This document shows, in pieces, positions 42,306 to 57,481 of a stretch of 64,000 nucleotides of DNA. Every line of letters starts with the position of its first letter. The stretch's first letter is position 1. Location: assembly GCA_951406725.2 (NCBI GenBank), contig OX597832.1, positions 7,068,001 through 7,132,000 of the forward strand. Direction: 5' to 3'. A program made the position numbers and the translations under genes. A model generated the notes under the pieces. It did not search any database and was not told where the DNA came from. It was given only the letters and a program-made list of their open reading frames with translations. Source of the stretch: Octopus vulgaris. Taxonomy: Eukaryota.

Positions 42306-42907
42306 ATTTAGAGATAGTGGTGCCCATCATCACACCATATAAAAGAATTTTAATTTAATACTTACTACTCATTTCTCTGCTACACGTGTTTCTTGAGGTT
42401 CTTTTACGGTTCCTTAAGCACGCAGTGCTTTATAGGAACATTTCTTAAAATGCAACCCCAATCATCAGGCCTCTAAATAACTTTATCATAGTTCGATACT
42501 GAATATTATATTTTAATTTTAACAGATAAGTATACATATGTGTATATAGATTCGCCGGACCTTACTGTGCTAGCTATAATTTAATTCGAATAAAATAAAA
42601 TAAAAAATAGAATAAAAAATTTATGTCTGTAAACATTCATATAAAATTAATAATATGTAGGGATAAAAATAAAATATATACTTGTGATGATATAATGATG
42701 AAAGCAATGACAAATAAATATATTCTTTTAAACACTTTAAAAAGAAACCAAATTAAGATTGGAATCATATTAACAATTATAGAAAATAATTGATTTAAAA
42801 TGTTACATTTTAGGTCAAGTAATTATATGTAAAAGCACATGCATTTTGTATTTGTATACATATATTTACGTAAAACTTTAGTGTTGATATTAAAGTAAAC
42901 GGTACAT

Positions 42908-43747
42908 TTAGTTCTTGGACTGAAACTTTAGTTCTTTAATCAATGTCGACATAATGTGAGGCATTTGTTTACATCCATTGTATTCCGAATTAGCCGAACT
43001 TCGGAAGTCTAAAGAGGCAACACGGTTAGAGACAGCAGTTAAAAGTTTCATGATTTCATATTCATTGCCATATTCCATCAACATTTTACTTAGAGCTTGC
43101 ATAAACCACGAACCATCTTCATTTATGAAAGAAGAATATTCATTACTCGATGAATAAACAACCAACATATCTGCCATAACCGGAATTTTGGGTGTCCTTT
43201 TTCCATACCCTATTAAATCAGCATCAGTTTTTTCGACCCCCACATCAATCTTACTTCCACGAGATGCTTCAACAAAGAATAATTTAGGTACTCCTTTTAA
43301 AGATGGGCAACGATCAGGTCTCAGGTAAGAAAACAATTCGTCTAGTTTAACAACATCATCGTATCCACAGATAACGTCGTCCGGGCCACCATGACTCAAT
43401 ATTGCACAAATAAAGCAATCAATATCAGTATGAGAATTTTTTCCAAACTGCTTCAAAGCGTCGCGCATTTCTTCGACTGTTGCATCCGTATAAACATAGA
43501 TATCATCTTCATGGAATCCAAGTTTAATTAATGCTTTTTTAAAATCTTCTGTATCTTTTGATGAGCCATAACGAGTTGCAAGTTCCGATCGTTTGAAATT
43601 TTCATTGTTGAAGATGTAAGCGACACCTCGCCTTTTATGCGTCATATCGTATTTATTAAAACATTTCATTAAATCCTCCCCAGTTGACTGATGAAACTGA
43701 TCAGCTCTCATGGGTTCACTTACACATCGAGCATCCATAGTAGTCAT
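42908..43747 (-). CDS. Caspase-3/7-like paralog, copy B, predicted pseudocaspase (catalytic Cys to Ser), 279 aa
   Basis: Intact ORF colinear with copy A. SHG is kept, QACRG reads EASRG (Ser codon TCT at 43262-43264), and the SYR motif reads SFI. Confidence 0.93.
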   Translation of the reverse strand: MTTMDARCVSEPMRADQFHQSTGEDLMKCFNKYDMTHKRRGVAYIFNNENFKRSELATRYGSSKDTEDFKKALIKLGFHEDDIYVYTDATVEEMRDALKQFGKNSHTDIDCFICAILSHGGPDDVICGYDDVVKLDELFSYLRPDRCPSLKGVPKLFFVEASRGSKIDVGVEKTDADLIGYGKRTPKIPVMADMLVVYSSSNEYSSFINEDGSWFMQALSKMLMEYGNEYEIMKLLTAVSNRVASLDFRSSANSEYNGCKQMPHIMSTLIKELKFQSKN

Positions 43748-44454
43748 TATATCAAAGAAATGACCCGAATCAGTTTCCTGGTATGATATATTAAAGAGTA
43801 AAGTTATACTTTTGTATTACAGAATCACTTGGAACAATTACCTCTTATTTGTTAATGGGGTAGATTCGAAAACCGTTGGAAAGTAGCAAAGCTCTGTATT
43901 GTTAAGAAATAATCCAATGACGAAGTAACAAAACCACGATAACAACTAAGTGTGTCTAAGTAATTCCCACATCAAGGGAGATGACTGTTCATGTACTGCT
44001 AAAGTGGCACGTTTTTAATAAGTTTCTGAAAATTCTCGAAATCCGATTTATTCCCTCAGCATGCGAAAATGTGCTGACAAACGAAACGAGCGTCTTTCTA
44101 ACTGTTGCTCTTTCTTTAAAGTCATTCCAACTGAAACCATCCTTTCTTTAAAAAGCATTTAAATCATGACCATCCCTTATTAAAAAGAATTTTCCAGTTG
44201 TGACTATCCTTCTTTTTCAAAGCTTTCCATTTATAACTATCACTAACTTTTGAAGCTAAAATCTCATTCGTAGAACACTCTGCTATTCTTCTTTTATTAA
44301 AGAAAACAATTGATGATCTAGTTCGAGGTACACTAACTATACTTGAAAAACATAAACAAAGACGAAAAAAGAACGTTCATTGGTTTAATGCGTTTCATCA
44401 TCGGCCAATTAGAATTAACTTTGTACTAAGCAATTACAAAGAGCGATATATTCT

Positions 44455-44760
<306 letters not shown>

Positions 44761-45069
44761 CAAAATATTGTTGCCCATTATGCTACATTCTTCATCGATT
44801 TGTAGATGTTGTTATAGATCTCCACAGAACATTTGAAAATCAAGCAATATTTTAAACGAAATATTGAAAAGTGAAGATGGACGGTCGTGAGTGGAATGTC
44901 TTTGATCACAGAAATGAATCAGGCTAAATATTTATAAGCACCAGCAACAGAATCATCACAAAAATAAAAACGGAATCTTCTGTGCGTGACCAAATAGATA
45001 AGTCCTTTACATATATAGCAACCAAATCATCATCAATACGCCTTGAGGTTACGATACCCTACACTAAGC

Positions 45070-45139
<70 letters not shown>

Positions 45140-47494
45140 ATACATCCATACACTAGCGTACCTGGGGTGGGGGAGGGAGCACGATAGGGGCGGTCCGCCC
45201 CGAGCGGCACTTTTAAAGGTGGACCACTTTTGGGTCTGAAAGTGCAGGTGTGAGAGAGGAGGAGAAAGTGGGAGATAGTGAAGATAGAGAAGAGAAAAGA
45301 AAGCAGGAGTGTGTTTTGCGGGGTTTATGAAGGAAGGGAAAGGAAAGGGGAAAAACCGTTTGAGAGGGAGTGGAGGGTAAAGGAGGCGTGGCTTTTGTAT
45401 CAGACTGGTTTGAGTTTTGTAATTTTTTTTCCCATTTAGTGACTTTTCGGGTGGAGAAGAAAAGGAATTTTTGTCTTCAAGTGTTCAAAATTTCTAATTG
45501 GAAAACCAGATGTTGTTTTTGATTTTCTACAGTAAGAATCATAATTACATTCAAGGTCTTGTTTTTAATTCTTTTGCATTTATTAATGTAAGGGGAAGAG
45601 AACGGTCGTATGAATCTGGTCAAATTTTTTGATCCACAGTAACACAATGACTAGCAGTAACTTTTCTAATACTATTTAAATAACAATAACATCCAAACTC
45701 TCTCATTACACATCGTAGTGCTATTTCAATAACATTTAAACACTCAACATTTGTCCTAACTCTATTTCAGTTACACAAAGCACAATAACATTCAAACGCT
45801 CTCAATCAGAAATAAAGTTTGTTCATAAAAATCTCAACAGATTTCGTCATTTTCTTCAATGTGATACTGTTGACCTAATCCAAAGATTAGCAGCCATATA
45901 CAGTTCGTGGCCGTTAGCTAATCAGCTTAAGCACAAGTGGTCAGAACATCCACCAGCCGCAGATCCAACAAAAAATTTCTTGTGTTTTCTATTTTGAGTC
46001 ATAGGTAATTATAGGTTTACAATCAAGGAAGTAATGCCATTGTTGTGTTTATTTAATTAAATATCGAGTTCCAATTCGATCGAGGTTGCCTTCACCTTCC
46101 ATAACACTCCTGAATCGGCAGAATATGTAGCAGGGAAATACTTGAGTTAATTTCATCAACTACATACCTATTTCTTTACTACCCACAAGGGGCTAAACAC
46201 AGAGGGGACAAACTAGGACAGACAAAGCGATTAAGTCGATTATATCGACCCCAGTGCGTAACTGTTACTTAATTTATCGACCCCGAGAGGATGAAAGGAA
46301 AAGTCGACCTCGGCGGAATTTGAACTCAGAACGTAACGGCAGACGGAATACAGCTAAGCATTTCGCCCGGCGTGCTAACGTTTCTGCCAGCTACCATCGA
46401 GATCTTGTATATATAGCATAGAAATCAAGATGTATAATTTATTTAAAATAGTTTTCTAGGGGCATAACAGCAGATATATGTTCCGTACCCTGATAAAAAA
46501 AAATTATTTTTAATGATTTTCTTTAAAATATATAGTTTTTAATGAAATTTTCACGAGGTATCGGAATTTATTGTGAAAAATGTTTCGGGTAAGGGATGGA
46601 AATCAGGTTTTTGGGCAGTTCTTCTTGGCGCAAACGTGCTTGTGTGATAAGATCTTCCCCAACCATTTGCTTCCTTGTGAGTGGATTTGGTTGATTGAAA
46701 GAAGCTCGTCATGCATATATATATCCGTTAATTTTTTTTAAATGTATCGAAAGTTAAAGTTAACTTTTATTGAAAAAAGGCACAACTACCGTTTTATACC
46801 ACACACAGATTTTGTTGCCTCATAACTTCCAGAAAAATGGATACTTTTTAACGAATGTTTCGAATCACTTTCTTTGCACAACTCGGCAAACAGACAGGAG
46901 ATGAGTGCATTCGCTTTGATGAAGTTCACTGTTTTAATCACGTAATTTAGATAATTTTTTTAAAACTCATCAGGCATGGTTTTCACTATTAGTGCTTGTC
47001 GATAAATCGTGTAGTGTATACCAATAGCAGTTGGGAAATTTTCCTTCACCAAAGTCTGAAAACTGGAACGGCAGCCAAGTATCTCCGGAGCGCCGTCGGT
47101 GCTCACGTCAATGATATGATCCCAGGCGATATCATGTGCCTAAAAACATTTGTCCATTTTCTTAAATATTTCTCTTGCGGTTGTTTTGGTGCTGAGGGTT
47201 TTTTCAAAACAGGAATTCGTCCTCCAGGTGATTGTTATGTGCATAACGTACATAGGCGTAAAGTTGGGCTAAGTTGGAAACCGATATCTTTGCAGCAACC
47301 GATGCTGGTGTGTTTACGTCCCCGTCACTTAGCGGTTCGGCAAAAAGAGACCGATAGAATAAGTACTGGGCTTACAAAGAATAAGTCCCGGGGTCGAGTT
47401 GCTCGACTAAAGGCGGTGCTCCAGCATGGCCGCAGTCAAATGACTGAAACAAGTAAAAGAGTAAAAGAATAATATATATAGACAGACAGACAGA

Positions 47495-48362
<868 letters not shown>

Positions 48363-48389
48363 GTTATTTTCACCGTAATGTTGTTATTT

Positions 48390-48772
48390 TGCAATGCCTG
48401 TGCAAGAAGATTTTTTTAAAGTGAGGAAAGGCTGTGCACTGAGTCAATCCCACTCACTAAGCAACAGCAGCCATAATCCGAAAAGAAGAACAAGTCAACA
48501 TCATCGGTAACCACTGAGCCGCAGGTTTTATTTCGGAGTTATCCCAGTTACCTGAGTTACCTTCTCCTAGAAGGATGCCCTAACAAATGCTAGGAGTCCT
48601 TCACACCCAATGGTCTAACCGCGCGATCGGGTATTCAGTCCGATTATTTCTATGTCCCCGCGCATGATACACCCTTAAGACGGGTTTTGTTTTTCATCCC
48701 GCAGGGTGTCCAATAAACACCCTCCTCACCAAGCAAGCTTGGTGGGGTTGCCGGTTTAGTCGCCGACGACCC
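48390..48772 (-). mobile_element. Young non-autonomous retroelement-like repeat; near-identical opposite copy at 54927-55357
   Basis: Reverse-complement similarity over ~380 bp apart from one internal deletion. Confidence 0.85.
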
Positions 48773-48788
48773 TTATACATACATGCAT

Positions 48789-48829
<41 letters not shown>

Positions 48830-49149
48830 CACACACATTCTCATTTAACGAAAACCACACGAAGGCCAATTATAAGGGGAAGAGCATTGAATGACTTGAA
48901 TTTCTTAATCTGATCAATGAAATTAATATCCTCCTCCTCCCCATCATCATCACCACCACCACCACCACCACCACCACCACCACCACCACCACCACCACCA
49001 TAAAGAATGACGTATTGCTTATTGTAATATCACGCACTAATTTCTTTGATTTAAACTATAGTTATGGTTTTAAAAGGAATATGATAAAAAATTTAATAAT
49101 TTTTTTCTAAAAAAATCAGTTATCTTAACTGACTTCTTTTTTTTTCATT

Positions 49150-49634
49150 TGGAATAAAATTCTCCTCAAAACAGCAACTTGTTTCACCTCATTTCCATTT
49201 TCAGAAAGAAATTTTTTTCTAGCTGTTCAAGATGATAAACTGCATCGGAAAAACCGATTTTTTCGCTTTCCTTTGCTTGATTTTCCGATTCATGAAAAAT
49301 TTCGGGCTCGGCATTCTCTATGAAAAGTTTATCTTGTAGATTACTGCCAGCTTAGTCAGGTAGATTTAAATTATCATAGAATTCTCTTTGTTCTTCATGA
49401 ATTTCAATTGAATTTTCCCTAACATCCATGTTTCTGGCCGGCATTTCAGTACTTTTATTTCTTCCTTCCCAATTTTTGAAGGCATGATTAAAACAACTTT
49501 TTATTGTATCGACCGGAACGGAATTCCATGTCTCAATTATAAGGGGAAGAGCATTGAATGACTTGAATTTCTTAATCTGATCAATGAAATTAATATCCTC
49601 CTCCTCCTCCTCCTCCTCCTCCTCCTCCTCCTCC

Positions 49635-49670
<36 letters not shown>

Positions 49671-49738
49671 CCACCACCACCACCACCACCACCACCACCA
49701 TCACCACCACCACCACCACCACCATCACCACCACCACC

Positions 49739-49790
<52 letters not shown>

Positions 49791-50830
49791 TCTATCCTCC
49801 CAGTTAGCCTTCCTTTGATATTGCTGCACCTTTTATGTGTCCATAGCTTACCTCCTCGTTTATCATATTTAAATTCCTTAAGAAAATCTTTCTGTAAGAG
49901 GCTCTAAAAGAATGTATAATATCTTCATTAATAGGCTGTATTCTTGATGTGCAATTCGCCGACAAATAATATAGTTCTATATTGCTCAAATTGATATTGA
50001 TGTAATGTCGAGTATTGTCGAGCAAAAGAAGTATTTTCCTATTATCTGTAACCATTTTTCATGAAGCATTTTCAAACCAATCACTAAATATAAAATCAGT
50101 CATCCAAGATTTTCTACTATGAGTATATTCTAGTCCCGAAGCCTCCATGTTACTATCCTTAAAACCCAGTGGAGATTTGAATTTAACCGATTATAAGAGG
50201 CATTACTTTTCCGCCAGTTCTATTCACACAAAAAGTATTGTAATGAAAAAGAAGTAATTTCTACTCTTCTCCTCTGGAAGCCATCTACTCGCAATACCAG
50301 AGGGCGCACACTCTCCTACCCTGATGTAATCTCCAGGGATACAGGCATCCAGCAACAGGACCTCCGTAATGCCACTATGGACCGTGAAGTCTGGCGTAGC
50401 ATGGTAAATTTCATTGTCTCGACCACTGTCGAACAATGATGATGATGATGATTGTAATGCGATCTTTTGAAAATATTGCCGCGGCTCGTTCTTCTGTGTT
50501 GAGAACCAGTGTACTCAAGATATTAAAAATATCTTGAGGGGAGCATTTTGGGGGTTTTTTCAAGAAAATCAGAGAATGAGTTCTTTATTACAACGGGATT
50601 TACTAGTTCTTCTTTCCGGAAATTGTCCTTGATTTTATGCCGAAATTTTCTTTAAACCACGTAATCCACGTTTGTGAAGTTTTAAAATCTTTGATTTGAA
50701 GACGATCTGCAATTTTAAGAGCCATAATCTTCAGCATATTATTGGTTACTGTGTGGAAATTTGATCTTTTTTTTCTGAATCCACTCAAAGTGGATCGTGG
50801 ATAGCTTATCCGGAAAACACTTTCACGTTC
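49150..50830 (-). pseudogene. Tigger/pogo (CENP-B-like) transposase relic
   Basis: ALKIA..L.IKDFKTSQTWITWFK (HTH) and RKILLLLDN...LSANCTSRIQP (DDE_1) peptides; fragmented. Confidence 0.8.
50246..50450 (+). mobile_element. 5'-truncated RTE-like LINE 3' end inserted in the Tigger relic
   Basis: LLLWKP...YPDVISRDTG..MDREVWR peptide, (GAT)n tail, 9-bp TSD ATTGTAATG. Confidence 0.8.
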
Positions 50831-51059
50831 ATCTACTATTGGAACATCTCTCTTACATGTGTTACGATTACAAGAAATCCTATTTTCGATTGGTGAAATG
50901 AAATTTGGTGATATATTGTAAATAAATGTTCAAAATTATGGTATGCAATATTGAGATGTCTTTTAACAACTTTTATTGTAAGGAAAATGAGCATTATGAT
51001 ACGTACAAATATGTGCCTTATGAATACATTTGAGCATCGTACAGACCGTATATATACTA

Positions 51060-51230
<171 letters not shown>

Positions 51231-51679
51231 AATGAATGTTTTTATATATAATGAACGTGAAATACAGGAAGGGACGAACACGGAACACAGACAAATCATT
51301 CGAAGCCTTCAATCTTCAGTCAGACACCGAAACATCATAGCAAATTTCGGCTGTTCAATTCTGATATTTGCTCCAACTCGGCCAGCCTCAAGAAAAAAAA
51401 CTAAGCTGTAAGCATTAGATTTCTTGGTAGAAGACAGGAATGTGAACGCACAAGACGGATGTAAATACAAGAGACGAAAACGAAATTGAAAACAGTACTG
51501 AATAAACAAAATGTATATAACGGTGGTTGTCATACGACTTTAGACCAAATGAGACAGAAACAACAACAACATAGCAGCTGGCGTAGAAATAATTACCGTT
51601 TCGGTAGCGGGGACACATGTTGGTCGAGATACGATGGCCAACAGAATGGTTAAGAAGCAGCAGGTTGCAGGAGAGAGAG

Positions 51680-51731
<52 letters not shown>

Positions 51732-52557
51732 GCCTGCCAACCATTGTTTGACAACTGATTGTGGTGTCCTTATGTCCCCGTAACTTAGCGGTTCGGCAAG
51801 AGACCCCGATAGAGTAAGTACTAAGCTTACAAAAAATAAGTCCTGGGATCGATTTCTTCGACTACCCCCCCCCCTTCGAGGTGTTGCTCCAGCATGGCCG
51901 CAGTCAAAAGATTGAAACAAGTAACAATAAAACAGACACTGAATTTTCTTGAAACAGATGAACAAAGGCTGACCTTCATACAGTTTTGCACCATATCCAA
52001 CAGGTTCACTTCGCATTTGACATCTAAGAATTCTGCATTTTGCCTCCCCCACCCGCTTCCTTTTTCTTTCGTTTTACTCCCACCTATAATAGTCACATAG
52101 CCTTCGTGGACCCTCGACCTTTTAGGAAAAGCAGCCAAATTCCCCTTAACAATTCAACGCCTTTAAAGAAAGGTGGATGTTGAGAAAGATGACATGAACA
52201 AATGCTTTAAAGAATCAAACCACGCCTGTTATATATTTCGGAAAAATTGATAATTTTTTTCTAATTTAGGCGAAAGAGCAGCAATTTTGAGAAGTTTTAG
52301 TCTATACCGTTTACGTTACTCTTTTACTCTTTTACTTGTTTCAGTCATTTGACTGCGGCCATGCTGGAGCACCGCCTTTAGTCGAGCAAATAGACCCCGG
52401 GACTTATTCTTTGTAAGCCCAGTACTTATTCTATCGGTCTCTTTTGCCGAACCGCTAAGTGACGGGGATGTAAACACACTAGCATCGGTTGTCAAGCAAT
52501 GCTAGGGGGACAAACACAGACACACAAACATGCACATACACACACACACACACACAG

Positions 52558-52602
<45 letters not shown>

Positions 52603-54694
52603 CATACATATATACGACGGGCTTCTTTCAGTTTCCGTCTACCAAATCTACTCACAAGGCTTTGGTCGGCCCGAGGCTATAGTAGAAGACACTTGCCCAA
52701 GGTGCCACGCAGTTCATGACAAGTATTTCATATAAACTCCAGTGAGTCGAAGAAATACTGCGAGGCATATTGTCCTACGTTCGAACGATTCTGTCAATCC
52801 ATTGACTCCTTCGAAAAATTAATAGTTTTTTTTTTTCTGTTATAAGCACAATGACTGAAATTTTATGGTATGTGTGTGTGTAGGCCCAGTTGATTACATT
52901 GATTCAGTAATCAACTGGTACTCATTTTATCGACCCCGTATGGATGACAGTCAAAGCCGACTTCCCTAGAATTTAAAATCAGAACATGAAGACATATGAT
53001 AATGCTGCTAAGCAGTTTGTCCGGTGTACTTAACGATCTCGCTAAGCTCGCCGTATTCATCGAAAAATTAAAAGAGCAATATGCGGATCTCTCCAGCACT
53101 GAAGTGTATGAAGAGTGACCTCCCTTGTAACGCTAAATCGTATGTGCATCAGATTTTTCTGAGAAACGGGACATAGGAGTTAATTTTAATACTACTACTA
53201 ATAATATATAAAATATAATTAAAGGCGCAGGAGTTGCTACATCGACCCCAGTGCGTAACTGGTACTTAATTCATCGACCCCGAAAGGATGAAAGGCAAAG
53301 TCGACCTCGGCTTTGCCTTTCATCCTTTCGGGGTCGATGAATTAAGTACCAGTTACGCACTGGAGTCGATGTAATCGACTTAATACCTATGTCTGTCCAT
53401 GTTTGTCCCCTCTATGTTTAGCCCCTTGTGGGTAATAAAGAAATAGGTAAGTAGCTTGTTTACCAACCACATGGTTCCGGGTTCATTCCCACCGCGTGGC
53501 ATCTTGGGCAAGTGTCTTCTGCTATGGCCCCGGGCTGACCAATGCCTTGTGAGTGGATTTGGTAGACGGAAACTGAAAGAAGCCCGTCGTATATATGTAT
53601 ATATATATATGCGTGTGTGTGTCTGTGTTTGTCCCCCTAGCATTGCTTGACTACCGATGCTGGTGTGTTTATGTCCCCGTTACTTAGCGGTTCGGCAAAT
53701 GAGACTGATAGAATAAGTACTGGGCTTACAAAAGAATAAGTCCCGGGGTCGATTTGCTCGATTAAAGGCGGTGCTCCAGCATAGCCGCAGTCAAATGACT
53801 AAAACAAGTAAAAGAGTAAAGGTTTATGAAAAACGAATCAAAACTATAGAGTGACTTTAGAATTTCAGAAAAAATTCCCTCCCCCTTTTTCCATCACACA
53901 TTCCAAAAAATAGTAAAAGAGAGAAAAGAAGATCCGAAAACTTTCCTTCGTTAATTTAGATCGTATTGTGGTAAATTACAACATAATATCGAAGAAATCT
54001 ACTTGTTTCTACTGCCTTTGAGAGAACTTAAGTCGAACGAATCGACCCCCAAACTAATTTTTAAAACCCTGATACTTATTCTATCGTGTTGTTTTGCCAA
54101 ACCGCTACGTTACGGGGACGTAAACACACCAACACTGGTTGCCACGCGGTGGTAGAGGACAGACACAAAGATACACACACACACATATTTATATATATAA
54201 ATTTAATGCATAATAGAAAGATTTATCTAATCCGAGGACACACACACACATATACAATGTGTTTCTTTCAGTTTCCGTCTACCAGATCTACTCTCAAGAC
54301 TTTGGTCGGCCCAAAGCTATGGTAGACGGCACTTGCTCAAGGGACCATGCAGCTTCTTACCTCACTGCAACACCTGCACCTAAACGAGTAATGTATAAAT
54401 ATATGTTTTATTTGTGATGCCAAAACCAAAACGAAACACGAGTTTACGACAGGAGAACAAAATAATATTACGGAGATGTACTTACATAGCAAGTGACCTG
54501 ATCTGAGATAGTGTGCTGGAACGAAAACAATTGCAGCGTGGAAGGTGTTTATAAGCCATTTAAGAAACAGACAAAACCGTTCGATTCACTTCAACATTTA
54601 AATTTAATTTGTCAAAATATTTTTGTCGCTGTTCACCGCGACCTGTTCACTGACAGAATTCCGTGCTGCATCTGAGAAAGTATCCGTTAGTTCA

Positions 54695-54779
<85 letters not shown>

Positions 54780-55426
54780 TGTATGTATGTATGTATGTAT
54801 GTATGTATGTATGCATGCATGCATGCATGCATGCATGTATGTAATGTCATGTCATGTCATGTCATGTCATGTCACTTTCGAGTGCTACTGGTAACATGTA
54901 ACCCAATTCAACCTGTTGCATGGTCGGGTCGTCGGCGACTAAACCGGCAACCCCACCAAGCTTGCTTGGTGAGGAGGGTGTTTATTGGACACCCTGCGGG
55001 ATGAAAAACAAAACCCGTCAAAGGGCGGAGGAACTCTTGAGAGTCAATGGCCATCCAATAAATGTCTTAAGGCTGTATCATGTGCGGGGACATAGAAATA
55101 ATCGGACTGAATACCCGATCGCGCGGTTAAACCATTGGGAGTGAAAGACTCCTAGCCTTTGTTAGGGCATCCTTCTAGGAGAAGGTAACTCAGGTAACTG
55201 GGATAACTCCGAAATAAAACCTGCGGCTCAGTGGTTAACGATGATGTTGACTTGTTCTTCTTTTCGGATTATAGCTGCTGTTGCTTAGTGAGTGGGATTG
55301 ACTCAGTGCACAGCCTTTCCTCACTTTAAAAAAAAATCTTCTTGCACAGGCATTGCACGATAACAACATTGATTAAGCTTCGCGCAATGGCCATATTCGA
55401 TAACGAAGGGGCAGCCACCATGTATG

Positions 55427-55457
<31 letters not shown>

Positions 55458-56587
55458 AAGTAAGTAAGTAAGTAAGTAACCTATATTACAACAAAGCCCA
55501 TTTAATGTTAGATGAAACCTTTTGTGTACATATAGATATATATGGGTTTTTGCCGAGGGATTAGAGATATGACTGCATATATCTTCGTGTCGTGAGAGCA
55601 GAGAAGATTCTGAGTTCATTGTCGACAAACGATTCCTTTTAACTCAGGCTCGGCTGCGACCACTAAAACCTGTCTTTTCATGGACCCCTGTTCCCTCTGT
55701 CTGTCTCCTGATTTTGGCGCGCATCTCAGTTTGTAGCCCTGTTGTGGCCAGAAATTCGTCGAAAATTCTTTCGATCACATAATTGCAGCCGAGTTCAAGT
55801 AAGTTGCCTGATAGGCTGTGACCCATTTCTCGTTACTAAGCTATCACAGTTTCAAATTTAAGCCCCGCTGTAAACTTAAAATAATCCTTTCTACTGGAGG
55901 CACATGGCCTAAAATTCGTGTGGAGGGGGCTGCACCGATCCCGAAAGAATGAAAAATAAAGTCAACCTCGGCGGAATTTGAACTCAGAACGTAGCGACGG
56001 ACGAAATACCGCTATACATTTTGTCCAACGTGCTAACAATTCTGCCAGTTCGCCGCCTTAATTGTAAGACATAATAATGTGTAAGTCAACAAATACATGG
56101 TACATTGGGCAAGTTTCTTCTACTACAGCCTCTGGCCGACCAAAGTTACGAGGACGTAAACACACTAACATCGGTTGGGTACTTTTTGGTTATCTCATCC
56201 CCATTTAAAAAATTGGGTTATCTCCCCCACCCCGTTTAATGAAAAATATTGGTACCTTCAGTTATCTCCCCCACCTAAAGAAATTGTTTAACCCTCAATA
56301 AAACAAAAAAAAAAAGGAAAAATTGATAAGCCTGAAAAAATTAATAAACATGAAAACTGAAAACATTATTCATCTTATTGAATCTAATAACATTTTTTTA
56401 TAACATGCCTATTGAGGAGGCCAAACGCCGAGTGGCTGTGTGGTAAGTAGCTTGCTAACCAACCACATGGTTCTGGGTTCAGTCCCACTGCGTGGCATCT
56501 TGGACAAGTGTCTTCTGCTATAGCCCCGGGCCGACCAATGCCTTGTGTGTGGATTTGGTAGACGGAAACTGAAAGAAGCCTGTCGTA

Positions 56588-56637
<50 letters not shown>

Positions 56638-57361
56638 CGTGTGTCTGTGTTTGTTCCCCTAGCATTGCTTGACAACCGATGCTGATGTGTTTACGTCCCC
56701 GTTACTTAGCGGTTCGGCAAAAAGAGACCGATAGAATAAGTACTGGGCTTACAAAGAATAAGTCCCGGGGTCGATTTGCTCGACTAAAGGCGGTGCTCCA
56801 GCATGGCCGCAGTCAAATGACTGAAACAAGTAAAAGAGTAAAAGAGAGAGAGTAGCACTTTTAATCCAACCTCAATTTTTTAGTGGGTCGGTAACCCAAT
56901 TTTTGAATGGAGGCGAGTCGGTTGTTAAGCAAGGGTGGGGGAACAAACACAGACATACAAACATACACAAACACATAAATATATAATCTCCGTATTTTTC
57001 CACGTAGATTGAAAAGAAAAATTCGAAAACGAGTTAAAAATTAAAAAATTTTAAAAACGTGTTTTTTTTTTTTTTTTCATATTGGAATCTCCGTCATCGA
57101 AAACATAGGAATCCGGTGCGGAAAAAAAATCGGAAAGGTTGGTTCCGGGGTTAGGGGTGACTGTGCACCAGGTTCGCCAAACAATGTTAGTTGAATTTTC
57201 AGAGTGAAGAATTATTTTGAGATTTAGCATGAAAATATAAGGCACTTGTGTCCTTATTGAAATTTACGGTAGAAAATAGTTTTAGTTAAACGTCTTAAAA
57301 GTTAGATGATATTTATAAAATCAAATTAAGTCTGTAATCATATGTGTTCCTTTTCATCCTT

Positions 57362-57419
<58 letters not shown>

Positions 57420-57481
57420 GTATAATGTGTGCGTGCATCAGAAATTCTCACTGTATTTAAGGATCCCATATTACAAATGTT

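Noticed and set aside
43262-43264. Rescue of catalytic residues in B or C by A-to-I RNA editing
   Set aside because: TCT cannot become a Cys codon and TGT cannot become a His codon by A-to-G change.
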